Shown here: positions 12,401-21,690 of the stretch, one piece after another
Numbering within the stretch: the first letter of the stretch is position 1
How the letters are laid out: each line of letters begins with the position of its first letter
NCBI GenBank assembly: GCA_963722255.1
Contig: CAVRJO010000002.1
Coordinates: forward strand, 320,001-384,000
Reading direction: 5' to 3'
Origin: Candidatus Babeliales bacterium
GTDB taxonomy: Bacteria; Babelota; Babeliae; Babelales; JANWKD01
DNA length: 64,000 nucleotides
Translations under genes and position numbers: made by a program
Notes under the pieces: generated by a model
Databases searched by the model: none
Seen by the model: the letters and a program-made list of their open reading frames with translations, nothing else
Told to the model about the DNA's origin: nothing

Positions 12401-12847
12401 GGCTAATGCCGCACCGGGTTCATCTTCAGCAATTTTTTGAACAAAACCATCCGGTTTTCCATCGGGTTTAAAAAATAGATCAAGTTCATTTGCATCATAT
12501 TCTTTAAAATGGCGTACTTTCCAAAAATAAGGAGAATAGTATCCTTCTTTAATAATGTTACCAAATTCTTTTGGTCCTCCGGCTTCTAATTCTATAAAAT
12601 TTTGAACCTCAGCCTCTTCATCAAAAGTAACGGCTTGATGATAGTTTTCAGGTTTTAGTTTTAAAGACGAAGCGATTTCTTGAGCTTTCTTTAATGCTTG
12701 CTGACGATTCATGGTGATTTCAAGATCTACAATTGGAAAGGCTTTTGGAAAGAATCGAAATGAAAAGAGTATCCCTGCTATCGAAAGACAACTAAACAAA
12801 AACCAAAAAATAGTAGTATGCGTGAACGATTTTTTAACTAGATACAT
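9485..12847 (-). CDS. Large CPBP (CAAX/Abi) intramembrane metalloprotease-domain protein
   Basis: EECLFR, FGAAH, SHFVFD motifs; many TM helices; two similar soluble domains. Confidence 0.85.
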   Translation of the reverse strand: MYLVKKSFTHTTIFWFLFSCLSIAGILFSFRFFPKAFPIVDLEITMNRQQALKKAQEIASSLKLKPENYHQAVTFDEEAEVQNFIELEAGGPKEFGNIIKEGYYSPYFWKVRHFKEYDANELDLFFKPDGKPDGFVQKIAEDEPGAALASQEAQEKAMYEAQTNWGIDFSNYKIIESGQETTSKGRIDHTFVFERVDKKVGEAPYRLRLVLKGDRLTELKLSVKIPERFTRKYEEMRSLNNFIAFIALILVIILYVFCGCFLGLFFLSRWSWLEFKWPLVCAFFIGSLQVIHDINQIPFYWFEYDTAVSMQQFIGNIIIKIIFHFFMFISASLLLIMVAEGLTRKAFPKKIQLWKVWSPLAGASVQIFGRTLGGYLLLGIDLAYAIGFYYLAFQYLGWWSPSDALYNPNALATYLPWVSPIALSLSAGFLEECLFRAIPLAGAALLGNRFGKRNLFIGIALILQAIIFGAAHANYPAQPAYARLIELIIPSFIFGLTYIWYGLLPTIISHFVFDVVWFSLPIFISHASSILLDKGMIVILSLVPLLFVIFRRLQQKAWIQLPSNFYNGAWKPSYTPQRETVVVKESLKVSWSLRKKICILIVGFFGLCIWFATTRWSYDTTPLSLNRSDAISIAQKVNTVGNYPWTSLVGIEIPLDLKERNQHIYIWRKFGHDVYKKLLTSYLMPVVFKVRLVRFDGTIEERSEEYELFIDGSKKEPIVRRVHHQYPENYFLESLSKQEALEVAYRYIEHTYKLSKQDLSEILVVPIQRPQRVDWKFLFNDLRQKLELGQARIAIEVAGKNVVDASRFIFVPEQWDRSFKDETALISLLETVKFLLFMLLIMCASAVILGFSLKSIHFSFKMFLVITLTLLLKSLIQAINIWPTAIAYFNTSQPFSHQAWYVILFWVVYALFTAILYGLVVGFLHEKCFKSPQVDLPFAQYIGMGIGLGVIEIGFFSLVKYMLPHINPQWPTITYAAAYLPWLSQSLSMLSNYIEYTMLALIIFTALNYVVECNNKYRWVAVPFLLIVGLIMLDVPDFMPIGALIGIGILWGVVIWIFYYYALRNLRVAIPWIIATIKISNSIPLMVFDAYPGALLGGLMGSVLIGIMALFWSYQMYSKN

Positions 12848-13003
12848 TACAATTTTCTCTCATTAATGTTACACAATATTTTAGTCTAAGAATAAATTTT
12901 TTAACCAATTTCCCAACCATAAATTATATGGTACAATGACTGTTCAAAGATTAAAAGCTTTTTAAACAGATTAAGCTTCTAATAAAAAAAGGAGAAAGAA
13001 GAG

Positions 13004-13846
13004 ATGCAGACAACTAGTTTTATATATGAAATTTTTACCTTTGCCACTTCATTTTTTGGTTGGCGTGATTGTTGCGAAATTGCTTTCTTATCAACTATAG
13101 TTTACTATTTTTCTTCCTGGCTAAGTACAGATACTACAAAAAATCTTTTAGGCACCTTTTATATATATCTTATTCTATTATACGTTTCATATACCTTGCA
13201 ATTAACAACGATAACCATTTTCTTACTTTATTTTTCACCTATTGCAGCAATCCTGCTTATTATTATGCATCAAGAACTTTTACAAAAAAACTTTATTACT
13301 TACAAGAAAATTAGTTTGATTAATGAAATAAATGAAGACTGGCTTGAGACCATTATTCAAGTTTGTTTACAAACAATAAGTAAAAATAAAAGTATTAATA
13401 TTATTATAGAGCAACATGACTCATTAAAAGATTATTTTCAAATTCCATGTAAGCTCAATACACCACTCAGCAATATCCTCTTGTCAGTATTAATTGATAG
13501 CAATTGGTACGATGACAATAAACTTATTTGGCTTTCCAGTACAGGAACACTCTTTGGCATCAATACACAGTGTAAAAAAATAAAAAATGAGTTTTGGTTT
13601 GATTCAACAATTCAAAATTACGAACAATGGAAACAAGACGCTTTTGCACTTTCAAAAAAAACCGATGCTCTCTTTATATGCATAACGCCAACCATAAGAA
13701 CTTTTACCGTAGCATACCAAGGCAAAGTCATGGAACAACTTCAAGGATCTACCGTTATACAATTAATCAAAAAAATTCTAGTAACCGAAACTAAAAAAGG
13801 AACTATATATGGCTACACTTACAAAACTAATAACAAACAAATATAA
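13004..13846 (+). CDS. cdaA: CdaA-like membrane diadenylate cyclase homolog with degenerate active site
   Basis: N-terminal TM helices and DAC-like pattern (IIIEQHDSLKDY...LNTPLS...LSKKTDALFI); position before a YbbR-like gene and glmM. Confidence 0.7.
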   Translation: MQTTSFIYEIFTFATSFFGWRDCCEIAFLSTIVYYFSSWLSTDTTKNLLGTFYIYLILLYVSYTLQLTTITIFLLYFSPIAAILLIIMHQELLQKNFITYKKISLINEINEDWLETIIQVCLQTISKNKSINIIIEQHDSLKDYFQIPCKLNTPLSNILLSVLIDSNWYDDNKLIWLSSTGTLFGINTQCKKIKNEFWFDSTIQNYEQWKQDAFALSKKTDALFICITPTIRTFTVAYQGKVMEQLQGSTVIQLIKKILVTETKKGTIYGYTYKTNNKQI

Positions 13847-14198
13847 TCTTGCCATAAGTTCAACTATTATTGGATTTTGTTTTTGGTATTTTTTAAGCAC
13901 TATGCGGCCTCATGAAATTATGATAAAAATACCTTTAAGTTTTTATGGAGAAAAATCTGAAACGTGTATCATTGATACTTTTGAATCCATTACTGTTTGC
14001 TTAAAAGGCTTAAAAAAAGATTTTTATAATCTACAGTTCAATAATCTCGCAATACACATTAATGCTGATACATTGCAAGAAGGTAAAAATAATATTTCAA
14101 TTTCTTCTGAACATTTATTTTTACCACATGAAATTAAACTGATAAACTGTAAACCATCAAATATTGTAGTAGTTGTAAAAAAAAATAGTATACATTAG
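13809..14198 (+). CDS. CdaR/YbbR-like protein with a single domain
   Basis: N-terminal TM, ITVCLKG, LQEGKN, KPSNIVV; synteny. Confidence 0.7.
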   Translation: MATLTKLITNKYNLAISSTIIGFCFWYFLSTMRPHEIMIKIPLSFYGEKSETCIIDTFESITVCLKGLKKDFYNLQFNNLAIHINADTLQEGKNNISISSEHLFLPHEIKLINCKPSNIVVVVKKNSIH

Positions 14199-14204
14199 GA
14201 CACA

Positions 14205-15530
14205 ATGATTGATAATATTTTTGGAACTGACGGAATTCGTGCAAAAGTTGGAACATATCCTTTTACGGTAAACGCTCTTCATTTATTAGGAAAGGCAATT
14301 GCATTATGGTCTTTACAAAAATATAATAAGAAACCATCTTTTCTTTTAGGACATGATACTCGAATATCATGTGATTTTGTAAAATCATCATTAAAATCAG
14401 GATTACTTTTGTATCCAATTGTTATACATGATGGGCATGTTTTAACATCTCCCGCTGTTTGTAATATTATCACAACACAACAAAAAAAGTTTGATTGTGG
14501 AATAATTATTTCAGCCTCTCATAATCCCTTTCAAGACAATGGCATTAAAGTAATCGATGCAATTCAAGGCAAATTATCTTTGGAGGATGAACTTATCATC
14601 TCAAATATTTTTCATATGGCGATCCAAGAAGATACCTATACTAATCTTGGTACCGAAATTAACTGGCCACAGGCAGAAGATGCCTATAGAAGTTCACTTC
14701 AAACTTTTTTCAAAACTAATTTCTTACAGGGAAAAAAAGTTGTTTTAGATTGTGCACATGGAGCGGCTTATCATATTGCACCGACAATTTTCAGAGACTA
14801 TGGAGCAACGACTATTGCACTCAACAATCAACCAAATGGCATTAATATAAATCATAAATGTGGCGCCCTTCATCCTGATGCATTACAAAAAGCGGTCATT
14901 GCCTATAATGCAGATGTGGGATTTGCATTTGATGGTGATGCTGATAGGGTTGTCATGGTAAACAACCGAGGGGAGGTTCATGATGGCGATGATATTCTTG
15001 CTCTTCTTCTAAAACATCCTTTATATGAGCACACAAATGAGGTTGTTGGAACAATAATGACAAATCAAGGATTCCAATTTTATCTTCAAAAATTAGGTAA
15101 AAATCTCATTAGAACATCAGTAGGAGATAAATATATAGCTGCGCTCTTATTAGAAAAAAATCTTCTTCTTGGTGGTGAACCTTCCGGTCATATTATTGCT
15201 CGAGACTATTTACCAACAGGTGATGGAATTTTTATTGCACTAAGAATATTGGAAACAATTACTATAAATCAAAATTTGGAAATGAAATCTTTTGTGAAAT
15301 TTCCACAAATTATCATTAATATTCCAATTTCATTTAAAAAAGATTTAACAATTTTGCCATACGCCCAATTGATAACCGAAAGCCAAGATTCACTTATGCA
15401 AGGACGTCTCATTGTTCGTTATTCCGGAACAGAGCAGCTTTTGCGTATTATGATTGAGGATAGTGATTACAATCATGCACATACAATAGCTCAAACATTA
15501 GCACAAGAATTATCCAAAGCCCTTAACTAA
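14205..15530 (+). CDS. glmM: Phosphoglucosamine mutase
   Basis: FGTDGIR, SASHNP, FDGDADR, GGEPSGH, RYSGTE. Confidence 0.96.
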   Translation: MIDNIFGTDGIRAKVGTYPFTVNALHLLGKAIALWSLQKYNKKPSFLLGHDTRISCDFVKSSLKSGLLLYPIVIHDGHVLTSPAVCNIITTQQKKFDCGIIISASHNPFQDNGIKVIDAIQGKLSLEDELIISNIFHMAIQEDTYTNLGTEINWPQAEDAYRSSLQTFFKTNFLQGKKVVLDCAHGAAYHIAPTIFRDYGATTIALNNQPNGININHKCGALHPDALQKAVIAYNADVGFAFDGDADRVVMVNNRGEVHDGDDILALLLKHPLYEHTNEVVGTIMTNQGFQFYLQKLGKNLIRTSVGDKYIAALLLEKNLLLGGEPSGHIIARDYLPTGDGIFIALRILETITINQNLEMKSFVKFPQIIINIPISFKKDLTILPYAQLITESQDSLMQGRLIVRYSGTEQLLRIMIEDSDYNHAHTIAQTLAQELSKALN

Positions 15531-15544
15531 GCGAGAATCTCTCT

Positions 15545-16174
15545 ATGATAAAAAAGAATTTTAGTTACACCGTTCATCAAATTCAATCAATCTTTCTAAG
15601 CGGCCTTTTATCAGTTTTACCTTTTACGCTCACCATTGCACTTTTCACCTTTTGTTATCGCGTACTCAATAATTGGCTTGCTCCTGTATATAATTTAGAA
15701 CCTACCTATCTTCAATCAATACCGGGATCCCATATTTTTATAGTTCTTTTGGTTATTTTTTTAGTTGGTCTTTTAATAAAATTCTTTTTTTTAGGGCCTC
15801 TGATTCATTTTCTAGAATCAATTTTTTTTAAAATTCCTCTCATGAAACAAGTTTATGGTGGAATAAAGCAGCTGGTCCATGCCTTCAATATTCAGGATGA
15901 ACTTGCATTCAAAAAAATAGTTATGGTCCCTTTTCCCACTGCACAAAGCTATTGTATTGGTTTTTTAACCGGTGAAATGCCGGTACAAGTTACCCATTTT
16001 AGCACCGAAAAATACTTTAATATTTTTATACCTACAACACCAAACCCAACAAGCGGATTTTTGTTACAAGTTGCTGAAAAAGATGTTATCGTTATAAATT
16101 TAACACGTCAGGAGGCCATGTCCTTAATTATTTCCGGTGGCATTATTCAACCTGAGCGATTTAAAAATAAATAA
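15545..16174 (+). CDS. DUF502 family membrane protein
   Basis: Two TMs, KIPLMKQVY, FIPTTPNPTSGF, IISGG. Confidence 0.9.
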   Translation: MIKKNFSYTVHQIQSIFLSGLLSVLPFTLTIALFTFCYRVLNNWLAPVYNLEPTYLQSIPGSHIFIVLLVIFLVGLLIKFFFLGPLIHFLESIFFKIPLMKQVYGGIKQLVHAFNIQDELAFKKIVMVPFPTAQSYCIGFLTGEMPVQVTHFSTEKYFNIFIPTTPNPTSGFLLQVAEKDVIVINLTRQEAMSLIISGGIIQPERFKNK

Positions 16175-16178
16175 TTAT

Positions 16179-16553
16179 TTAAAAACCTTCTGTGCTAGGT
16201 GTCGCTCCAACGGGTAAATCTGCAGCCGATCCGGAATAATAAGCTCTTGTTCCATAAGGTCTTTTTTCAGATCTTTGAAGCTGTAGAGCGCGCATTCTTC
16301 GATTACGTTCAATTGCAACCTCTTCTGCAGTTATGGGAGTAACTGGATTACTATAATATGCAGTATCAAAATCCCCACTATTTATAAATACAGGTTCTTC
16401 ATTTTGTTCTTCATATGATGGAAAATAATACCGCCTACCGCTTACGCCACTATAATGAGGAACTACAGTCTTGGTCATTCTGGGTTTTATGGCAAAAAGC
16501 ATGGAATCTATACTCAAAAAAAATAGTAGAATGAAAACAGTAAATTTCTTCAT
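16179..16553 (-). CDS. Hypothetical exported protein
   Basis: Signal peptide, 124 aa, GGGG RBS-like upstream. Confidence 0.65.
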   Translation of the reverse strand: MKKFTVFILLFFLSIDSMLFAIKPRMTKTVVPHYSGVSGRRYYFPSYEEQNEEPVFINSGDFDTAYYSNPVTPITAEEVAIERNRRMRALQLQRSEKRPYGTRAYYSGSAADLPVGATPSTEGF

Positions 16554-16688
16554 ATATACCCCTTTATTAACACATTATACTCTATTTATTACTCTTATTG
16601 TAAAATAGTGAGTGTACAAAAAGCAATAAAATCACCATAAATATATTTTTAAACTTTTCTCTAAAATAAAGCCATTTTTGCTAATTTA

Positions 16689-16718
16689 TTGCAATTTGAA
16701 TTTAACATTATGTATACT
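16689..16718 (+). promoter_or_regulatory. Sigma70-like promoter for the His/Lys-rich cluster
   Basis: TTGCAA-18 nt-TATACT. Confidence 0.5.
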
Positions 16719-16768
16719 TATACTATAGTAATATGTTCAATTATTTTTATCTATTAAAGGAGTATCTC

Positions 16769-16966
16769 ATGGCAAAGCATGAAAAACATGAAAAAGGTCA
16801 TCTTGGTCAAGAACATGAAAAACACGAAGCTCACCATCCAAAACATGGCGCTGCGCATCAAAAACATGGTGCTAAAAAGCATGAAAAATCTGCAGAACAC
16901 GAAAAGCACGGTAAACATGAAAAACCTCATCATGAATCAGCTAAAAAAGAAAACAACTGGAAATAA
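16769..16966 (+). CDS. Small His/Lys-rich protein (65 aa)
   Basis: AAGGAG RBS; repeated KHE/KHG units. Confidence 0.8.
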   Translation: MAKHEKHEKGHLGQEHEKHEAHHPKHGAAHQKHGAKKHEKSAEHEKHGKHEKPHHESAKKENNWK

Positions 16967-16969
16967 TTA

Positions 16970-17137
16970 ATGAATAAGCACAAAAAAGGTAAGATTAAGG
17001 AAAGATCTGAAACAGTTGTTTCTTGGGTTAAAGAAGAAATACCTAAAAAAGGACAACATGGGAAAAAAGCAAATATAACCCGAGGCATTGAAAAAGAATC
17101 ATATCCTAAAATTCAACATCATAAAAAGGAGGAATAG
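16970..17137 (+). CDS. Small Lys-rich protein (55 aa), absent from the ORF track
   Basis: MNKHKKGKIKERSETVVSWVKEEIPKKGQHGKKANITRGIEKESYPKIQHHKKEE; starts 3 nt after the previous stop. Confidence 0.65.
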   Translation: MNKHKKGKIKERSETVVSWVKEEIPKKGQHGKKANITRGIEKESYPKIQHHKKEE

Positions 17138-17140
17138 ACC

Positions 17141-17320
17141 ATGGCACATAGAAAACACTTAACAAAAGAAGCTCATGTTGCACCGGAAACACATCCAAAA
17201 AAAGCAGCTGCTGAGCAAATCAAAAAAATAGAAAAAAATGCACCTAAAGAAAATGCAAAAAAAGAGATTAAATCAAATTATGGCAACAGCCATATCAAAG
17301 GTGAGCACGGCGAATATTGA
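17141..17320 (+). CDS. Small Lys/His/Ala-rich protein (59 aa), absent from the ORF track
   Basis: AAGGAGGA RBS; MAHRKHLTKEAHVAPETHPKKAAAEQIKKIEKNAPKENAKKEIKSNYGNSHIKGEHGEY. Confidence 0.75.
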   Translation: MAHRKHLTKEAHVAPETHPKKAAAEQIKKIEKNAPKENAKKEIKSNYGNSHIKGEHGEY

Positions 17321-17332
17321 TCTGCATATGAT

Positions 17333-17375
17333 TCAAAAGGTAGCAACAAAAAATGATGCTACCTTTTGAGTTTTT
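17333..17375. terminator. Intrinsic terminator between convergent genes
   Basis: TCAAAAGGTAGCA...TGCTACCTTTTGA 13-bp stem followed by a T run. Confidence 0.8.
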
Positions 17376-18370
17376 TACTTAATATCTTCAAAGATTTTTT
17401 TCATTGAAGCTAAACTTCCAACAAGCGAACTCGCTTCATAAGGAACAAGAATCATCTTATCTTCTTTACCCTTAGTCATTTCCGGCAATGCTTTTATGTA
17501 TTGCATCGCTATCATGTAAGGTAAAGGATCTTTTCCATTAACCGCATTTTGAATCATTGCAATAGCTTCAGCTTCTGCTTGTGTTATTTTTAAACGAGCT
17601 TCTGCTTGGCCTTGGGCATCTAAAACATTGGCTTGTGCAGCACCATCAGCACGCAAAATATCAGCTTCTCGAATACCTTCAGCTTCTAAAATTGCAGCTC
17701 TCTTTTTTCCTTCAAATTCTAAAATGATTGCTCTTCTATCACGCTCCGCTCTCATTTGTTTTTCCATAGCGATGCGAATATCAAGCGGTGGATTTACTTC
17801 CTGAAGCTCAACACGATTGATTTTAACACCCCATTTATCGGTTGCTTCATCAAGAATAAGTCTTAATTTAGTATTAATTGCATCCCGTGAAACTAAACTT
17901 TCATCCAAATCCATTGCCCCAATTACATTACGAAGCGTTGTTTGCGTTAACTTTTCAATAGCTTCTGAGAGATTTGCTACTTCATACACCGCCGCTTTTG
18001 GATCAGTGATTTGATAATAGAGCAAAGCATTAATCTCCATGGTCACATTATCTCGAGTAATAACATTTTGTTTAGGAAAATCGTATACTGCTTCACGCAA
18101 ATCTAATCTATAGGTTTCTTTTACAAAACGGTGATATCGCTTTCCATCCCCTTGTATAACAACATAAGTCCATTGCACCAATCGAGGGACCTCTATGAAA
18201 GGAACAACAATGTGAAGTCCTGGAGTTAAGGTACGACTATATCTACCAAAACGCTCTATAACAATAGCCTCTGCTTGCTTAACAAGATAGACAGTTTTTA
18301 CAAGAGCTAACATAAAGAAGAGTGCTAAAAGAGCAACAAAAAATAACCCTACATATAAAAATAATACCAT
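17375..18370 (-). CDS. SPFH/band 7 (paraslipin, QmcA-like) protein
   Basis: VIERFGRY, QNVITRDNV, QTTLRNVIG, AMEKQMRAER. Confidence 0.95.
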   Translation of the reverse strand: MVLFLYVGLFFVALLALFFMLALVKTVYLVKQAEAIVIERFGRYSRTLTPGLHIVVPFIEVPRLVQWTYVVIQGDGKRYHRFVKETYRLDLREAVYDFPKQNVITRDNVTMEINALLYYQITDPKAAVYEVANLSEAIEKLTQTTLRNVIGAMDLDESLVSRDAINTKLRLILDEATDKWGVKINRVELQEVNPPLDIRIAMEKQMRAERDRRAIILEFEGKKRAAILEAEGIREADILRADGAAQANVLDAQGQAEARLKITQAEAEAIAMIQNAVNGKDPLPYMIAMQYIKALPEMTKGKEDKMILVPYEASSLVGSLASMKKIFEDIK

Positions 18371-18409
18371 GATAATATCCTTTTAATTTAAAGTTTTAAG
18401 AATGTACGA

Positions 18410-18859
18410 TTAATTGTAATCTTGAACCAATCGTACGATACAATGACATCCAATTACATCTATAATTTCTACAACTGATCCCACAGCAAAGTGATCACTT
18501 TCCTTACCTCGTGCTGACCAAATTTCACCGCCAACTTTAATAAGTCCAATGTGAATTGGTTTTATTTCTTTAATCACTTCTGCATGCTTACCTTGAAGAG
18601 CAAAAAAATTGGTTTTTGCTCCATGCTTCGGGCCAAAATAATGGCTTTTTTTTAAAAGTACGAATAAGAGCACAATTGAAACAAGCGCGATGCCAAAAAA
18701 AGAACTTATCTGTAACAATAAACTGAATTCAAAATAGGATAACAATGAAGCACCTAATGAACCAAGAAAAAAAGATACAAAAAAGAAAAGAGTTGGTGTA
18801 AACAGCTCTAAAAATAGAAATAGTAGCCCTACGATCAACCACAATAAACATAGCATCAT
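18410..18859 (-). CDS. NfeD-like (YbbJ-type) partner of the SPFH protein
   Basis: TM N-terminus, GLIKVGGEIWSAR; AGGAG RBS. Confidence 0.9.
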   Translation of the reverse strand: MMLCLLWLIVGLLFLFLELFTPTLFFFVSFFLGSLGASLLSYFEFSLLLQISSFFGIALVSIVLLFVLLKKSHYFGPKHGAKTNFFALQGKHAEVIKEIKPIHIGLIKVGGEIWSARGKESDHFAVGSVVEIIDVIGCHCIVRLVQDYN

Positions 18860-18971
18860 TTGAAAACTCCTATAGTTGCAATGTTTTCTTAGTAACATGG
18901 TTGGTCCTCTGCTAATAATAGTAACATTTTAACAAAAAAATTCAATGCTATTTTCTAATAGTTTATTGATA

Positions 18972-20075
18972 CTATACCAATTCTTCTAAGCTTCTTGGTT
19001 TCATTTTTTCTATTCTCTCTTGAGCCAACCTAATCATTTTCTCCTTATTTGATTTAAAACAGGTAAAAGTGTAGTTTGTCATACACATTCCATCAAATAA
19101 GCAACAAGGTAGATATATGGGTATACTCGAGAAAGAAATTACCCCTCCTAGCCATTTAGTAAAATCTTCAGTGGTATCTATACTCGAAGTACCTGGCGGT
19201 CCATAAATATACTCAGCAATAGGCCTTGAGTAAAAAAAGAGAAGCAATCCAATGACATTCATACTTAAAGGAACAATATATTTTGGAGACGTTGCAATAC
19301 AGCATGTCATAGCCCCTTTTTTATTCAGCTTTTTTTTCAATGTAACGTGAATGCAGCTTAAAAATAACCTTCGGGTTTTCAAATAAATCTTCGTAATGCG
19401 ATTTGAAGGAATATTCATTGAATGATATAGATAATCAATCTGATTCTGCGTATTAGCGCTATATTCTTCAAGCGATTCTCTAAAATCGTCATCATTCATA
19501 TTCAGTAGATTTTGTACTTTCTCCAAATCAGCATAACTATCTGCACATTTGGTTGCATATTTTTTGGATCGGGTCAAAAAATTTAAAGCTTCAGTAATTA
19601 AACATGAACATTCATCATAAGCTTCTTTATCAAAATAATGCCCTTTAGAACAACAACAATTATTTTTAACAATTTTCATCGGATTTCTTTTGATTTTTTG
19701 AGCTTCTTCACTAAGATAACGATGATGCATAAAAATAATTTTCTTCTCAACTGAGCCAGGCCAAACAAAATAAGGAGCTAATGCATATAAGGTTCCAATA
19801 TTTACATAATCACAAATATGTTCTTTAAGTTCTTCAGGTAGTTGATTAAATGAAGGTAAAAATAGTTCCTCTACTTGCATTTCACTACTATTTTGCAAGG
19901 GTAGACTACTATATTCACCTACTTCGCTTCCGTCAAGCAGCCTCGTAGTTTCCATTTGATATGATTCATTATTCACGCTTCCTATTTGAGGGGCATATTC
20001 AAAAGCTTGATCTTCCATTGCATAATTAAAAAAAATAACCTGTAGCATTAACAACATCATACAGAAAGTTCTCAT
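18972..20075 (-). CDS. Exported F-box-like protein with C-terminal TM segments
   Basis: Signal peptide NYA-ME; FNQLPEELKEHICDYV. Confidence 0.7.
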   Translation of the reverse strand: MRTFCMMLLMLQVIFFNYAMEDQAFEYAPQIGSVNNESYQMETTRLLDGSEVGEYSSLPLQNSSEMQVEELFLPSFNQLPEELKEHICDYVNIGTLYALAPYFVWPGSVEKKIIFMHHRYLSEEAQKIKRNPMKIVKNNCCCSKGHYFDKEAYDECSCLITEALNFLTRSKKYATKCADSYADLEKVQNLLNMNDDDFRESLEEYSANTQNQIDYLYHSMNIPSNRITKIYLKTRRLFLSCIHVTLKKKLNKKGAMTCCIATSPKYIVPLSMNVIGLLLFFYSRPIAEYIYGPPGTSSIDTTEDFTKWLGGVISFSSIPIYLPCCLFDGMCMTNYTFTCFKSNKEKMIRLAQERIEKMKPRSLEELV

Positions 20076-20512
20076 ATTTTTCCTTTTAAATGGCTTTAAA
20101 CCAATTCTACCATTCTTCTTCGTTTCATAGATTTTATTACATCCTGAGCCGACATAATCATATGCTCCTTAGTTGACCCACAAAACAAAAATGGATGCCA
20201 ACCTGCTAAATAGCAAGTATTACCAAAACAAACCGTTAGAGCTATCATGCAACTACTAAAGCATAATAATAGTCCTGATATTTTACAAATAGCGTTCAAA
20301 TCATTTCCATCATTTGTATCAGTTATATCTCTCGAATTACGCATGAGATAAACACCAACTAAAAATATAAATGAGGCACTAGCATATTTTAGCGGTGCTC
20401 CAATACAGCATACAGCAGTTTATAATGAACCCCAGAAACTTGACACGATAAAATTAAAAATGTGTTAGTTTTTAATGAACATGAAAGTGAACATTATTAT
20501 CGGGGAATTTTT

Positions 20513-20788
20513 ATGGCAAGAAGATATAAAAAACATAGTAGTTCATTCAAAGCAAAAGTAGCTATAGATGCTATTAGAGAACAAAAAACTTTAAACGAAC
20601 TAAGTCAGGAACATAGCATTGCTCCTGCACAAATCTCTATCTGGAAAAGACATGCTGAAGAAAATATGAGCAACCTTTTTGAGGGGAAACAAGAAAAGGA
20701 CCAACAAGAGGAAATTGATAGGCTTTATCGAGTAATTGGTCAAATAACGGCAGAGCGTGATTTTTTAGAACGCTCGCTCAATCGATAG
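20513..20788 (+). CDS. IS3 transposase OrfA (HTH)
   Basis: FKAKVAIDAI...QISIWK...ERDFL. Confidence 0.92.
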   Translation: MARRYKKHSSSFKAKVAIDAIREQKTLNELSQEHSIAPAQISIWKRHAEENMSNLFEGKQEKDQQEEIDRLYRVIGQITAERDFLERSLNR

Positions 20789-20808
20789 ATTTAAAGCAGC
20801 GTAAGGAA

Positions 20809-21690
20809 ATGGTTGAGTGTGTAAATGAAGCAATAGACTTTAAAAGAAAATGTGAACTTTTAGATGTATCGAGAGGATCGATGTATTACAAGCCTAAACC
20901 TCAAAAAAATAATGATGCAATTATTATGAATGAGCTACGTGAAATTTATCAAGAAACGCCTTCCTATGGCTATCGGCGCATGACAGTAGCTTTAAGAGAA
21001 AATGGTTTTTTGGTTAATCATAAAAAAGTTTTTATGTTGCTTAAGATAGCGGGCATCCAGGCCATTTACCCTCGCAAAAAAACAACCATACGAAATCAGG
21101 GGCACAAAGTATTTCCTTATTTATTGCGTGGGTTGCTTATTAATCGACCAAATCAGGTTTGGCAAGTAGATATAACCTATATAAAAATACGGGGTGGTTT
21201 TGTATATTTGGTTTGCTTAATTGATGTTTTTAGTCGAAAAATCATGGGATGGAAATTGTCAATTTCTCTTGATACAGCGTTATGCATAGAGGCGTTCAAT
21301 AGTGCTTTGCAACATGGTATTCCAGAAATTGTTAATAGCGACCAAGGATGTCAATTTACCAGTGCTCTGTGGGTTGAATTAGTGCAACAATATGGAATTC
21401 AAATAAGTATGGATGGTAAAGGAAGATGGGCAGATAATGTTTATATTGAGAGGCTTTGGCGTACGATAAAATATGAGATGATACATTTGCATAGCTTTGA
21501 TACAGTTCAACAGGTAAGAGATGCGCTTGCAAGTTACATTGTTTTTTATAATACACGACGTTATCATTCAAAGCTTAATTATCACGCACCAGACGCTATT
21601 TTCGCAAAAAAAATTATTCCATCTAAAAAAGAATTATTCGAAAGTTTTATAGCTTCACAAATTTATAAACTTGGAGCCGCTATGATTTAA
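20809..21690 (+). CDS. IS3 transposase OrfB (DDE), probably fused to OrfA by -1 frameshift
   Basis: WQVDITY, NSDQGCQF, DNVYIERLWRTIKYE. Confidence 0.95.
   Translation: MVECVNEAIDFKRKCELLDVSRGSMYYKPKPQKNNDAIIMNELREIYQETPSYGYRRMTVALRENGFLVNHKKVFMLLKIAGIQAIYPRKKTTIRNQGHKVFPYLLRGLLINRPNQVWQVDITYIKIRGGFVYLVCLIDVFSRKIMGWKLSISLDTALCIEAFNSALQHGIPEIVNSDQGCQFTSALWVELVQQYGIQISMDGKGRWADNVYIERLWRTIKYEMIHLHSFDTVQQVRDALASYIVFYNTRRYHSKLNYHAPDAIFAKKIIPSKKELFESFIASQIYKLGAAMI

Noticed and set aside
16779..16970. 63-aa MKNMKK ORF
   Set aside because: Alternative frame of the His-rich gene, generated by CATGAA repeats; the RBS supports the 16769 start
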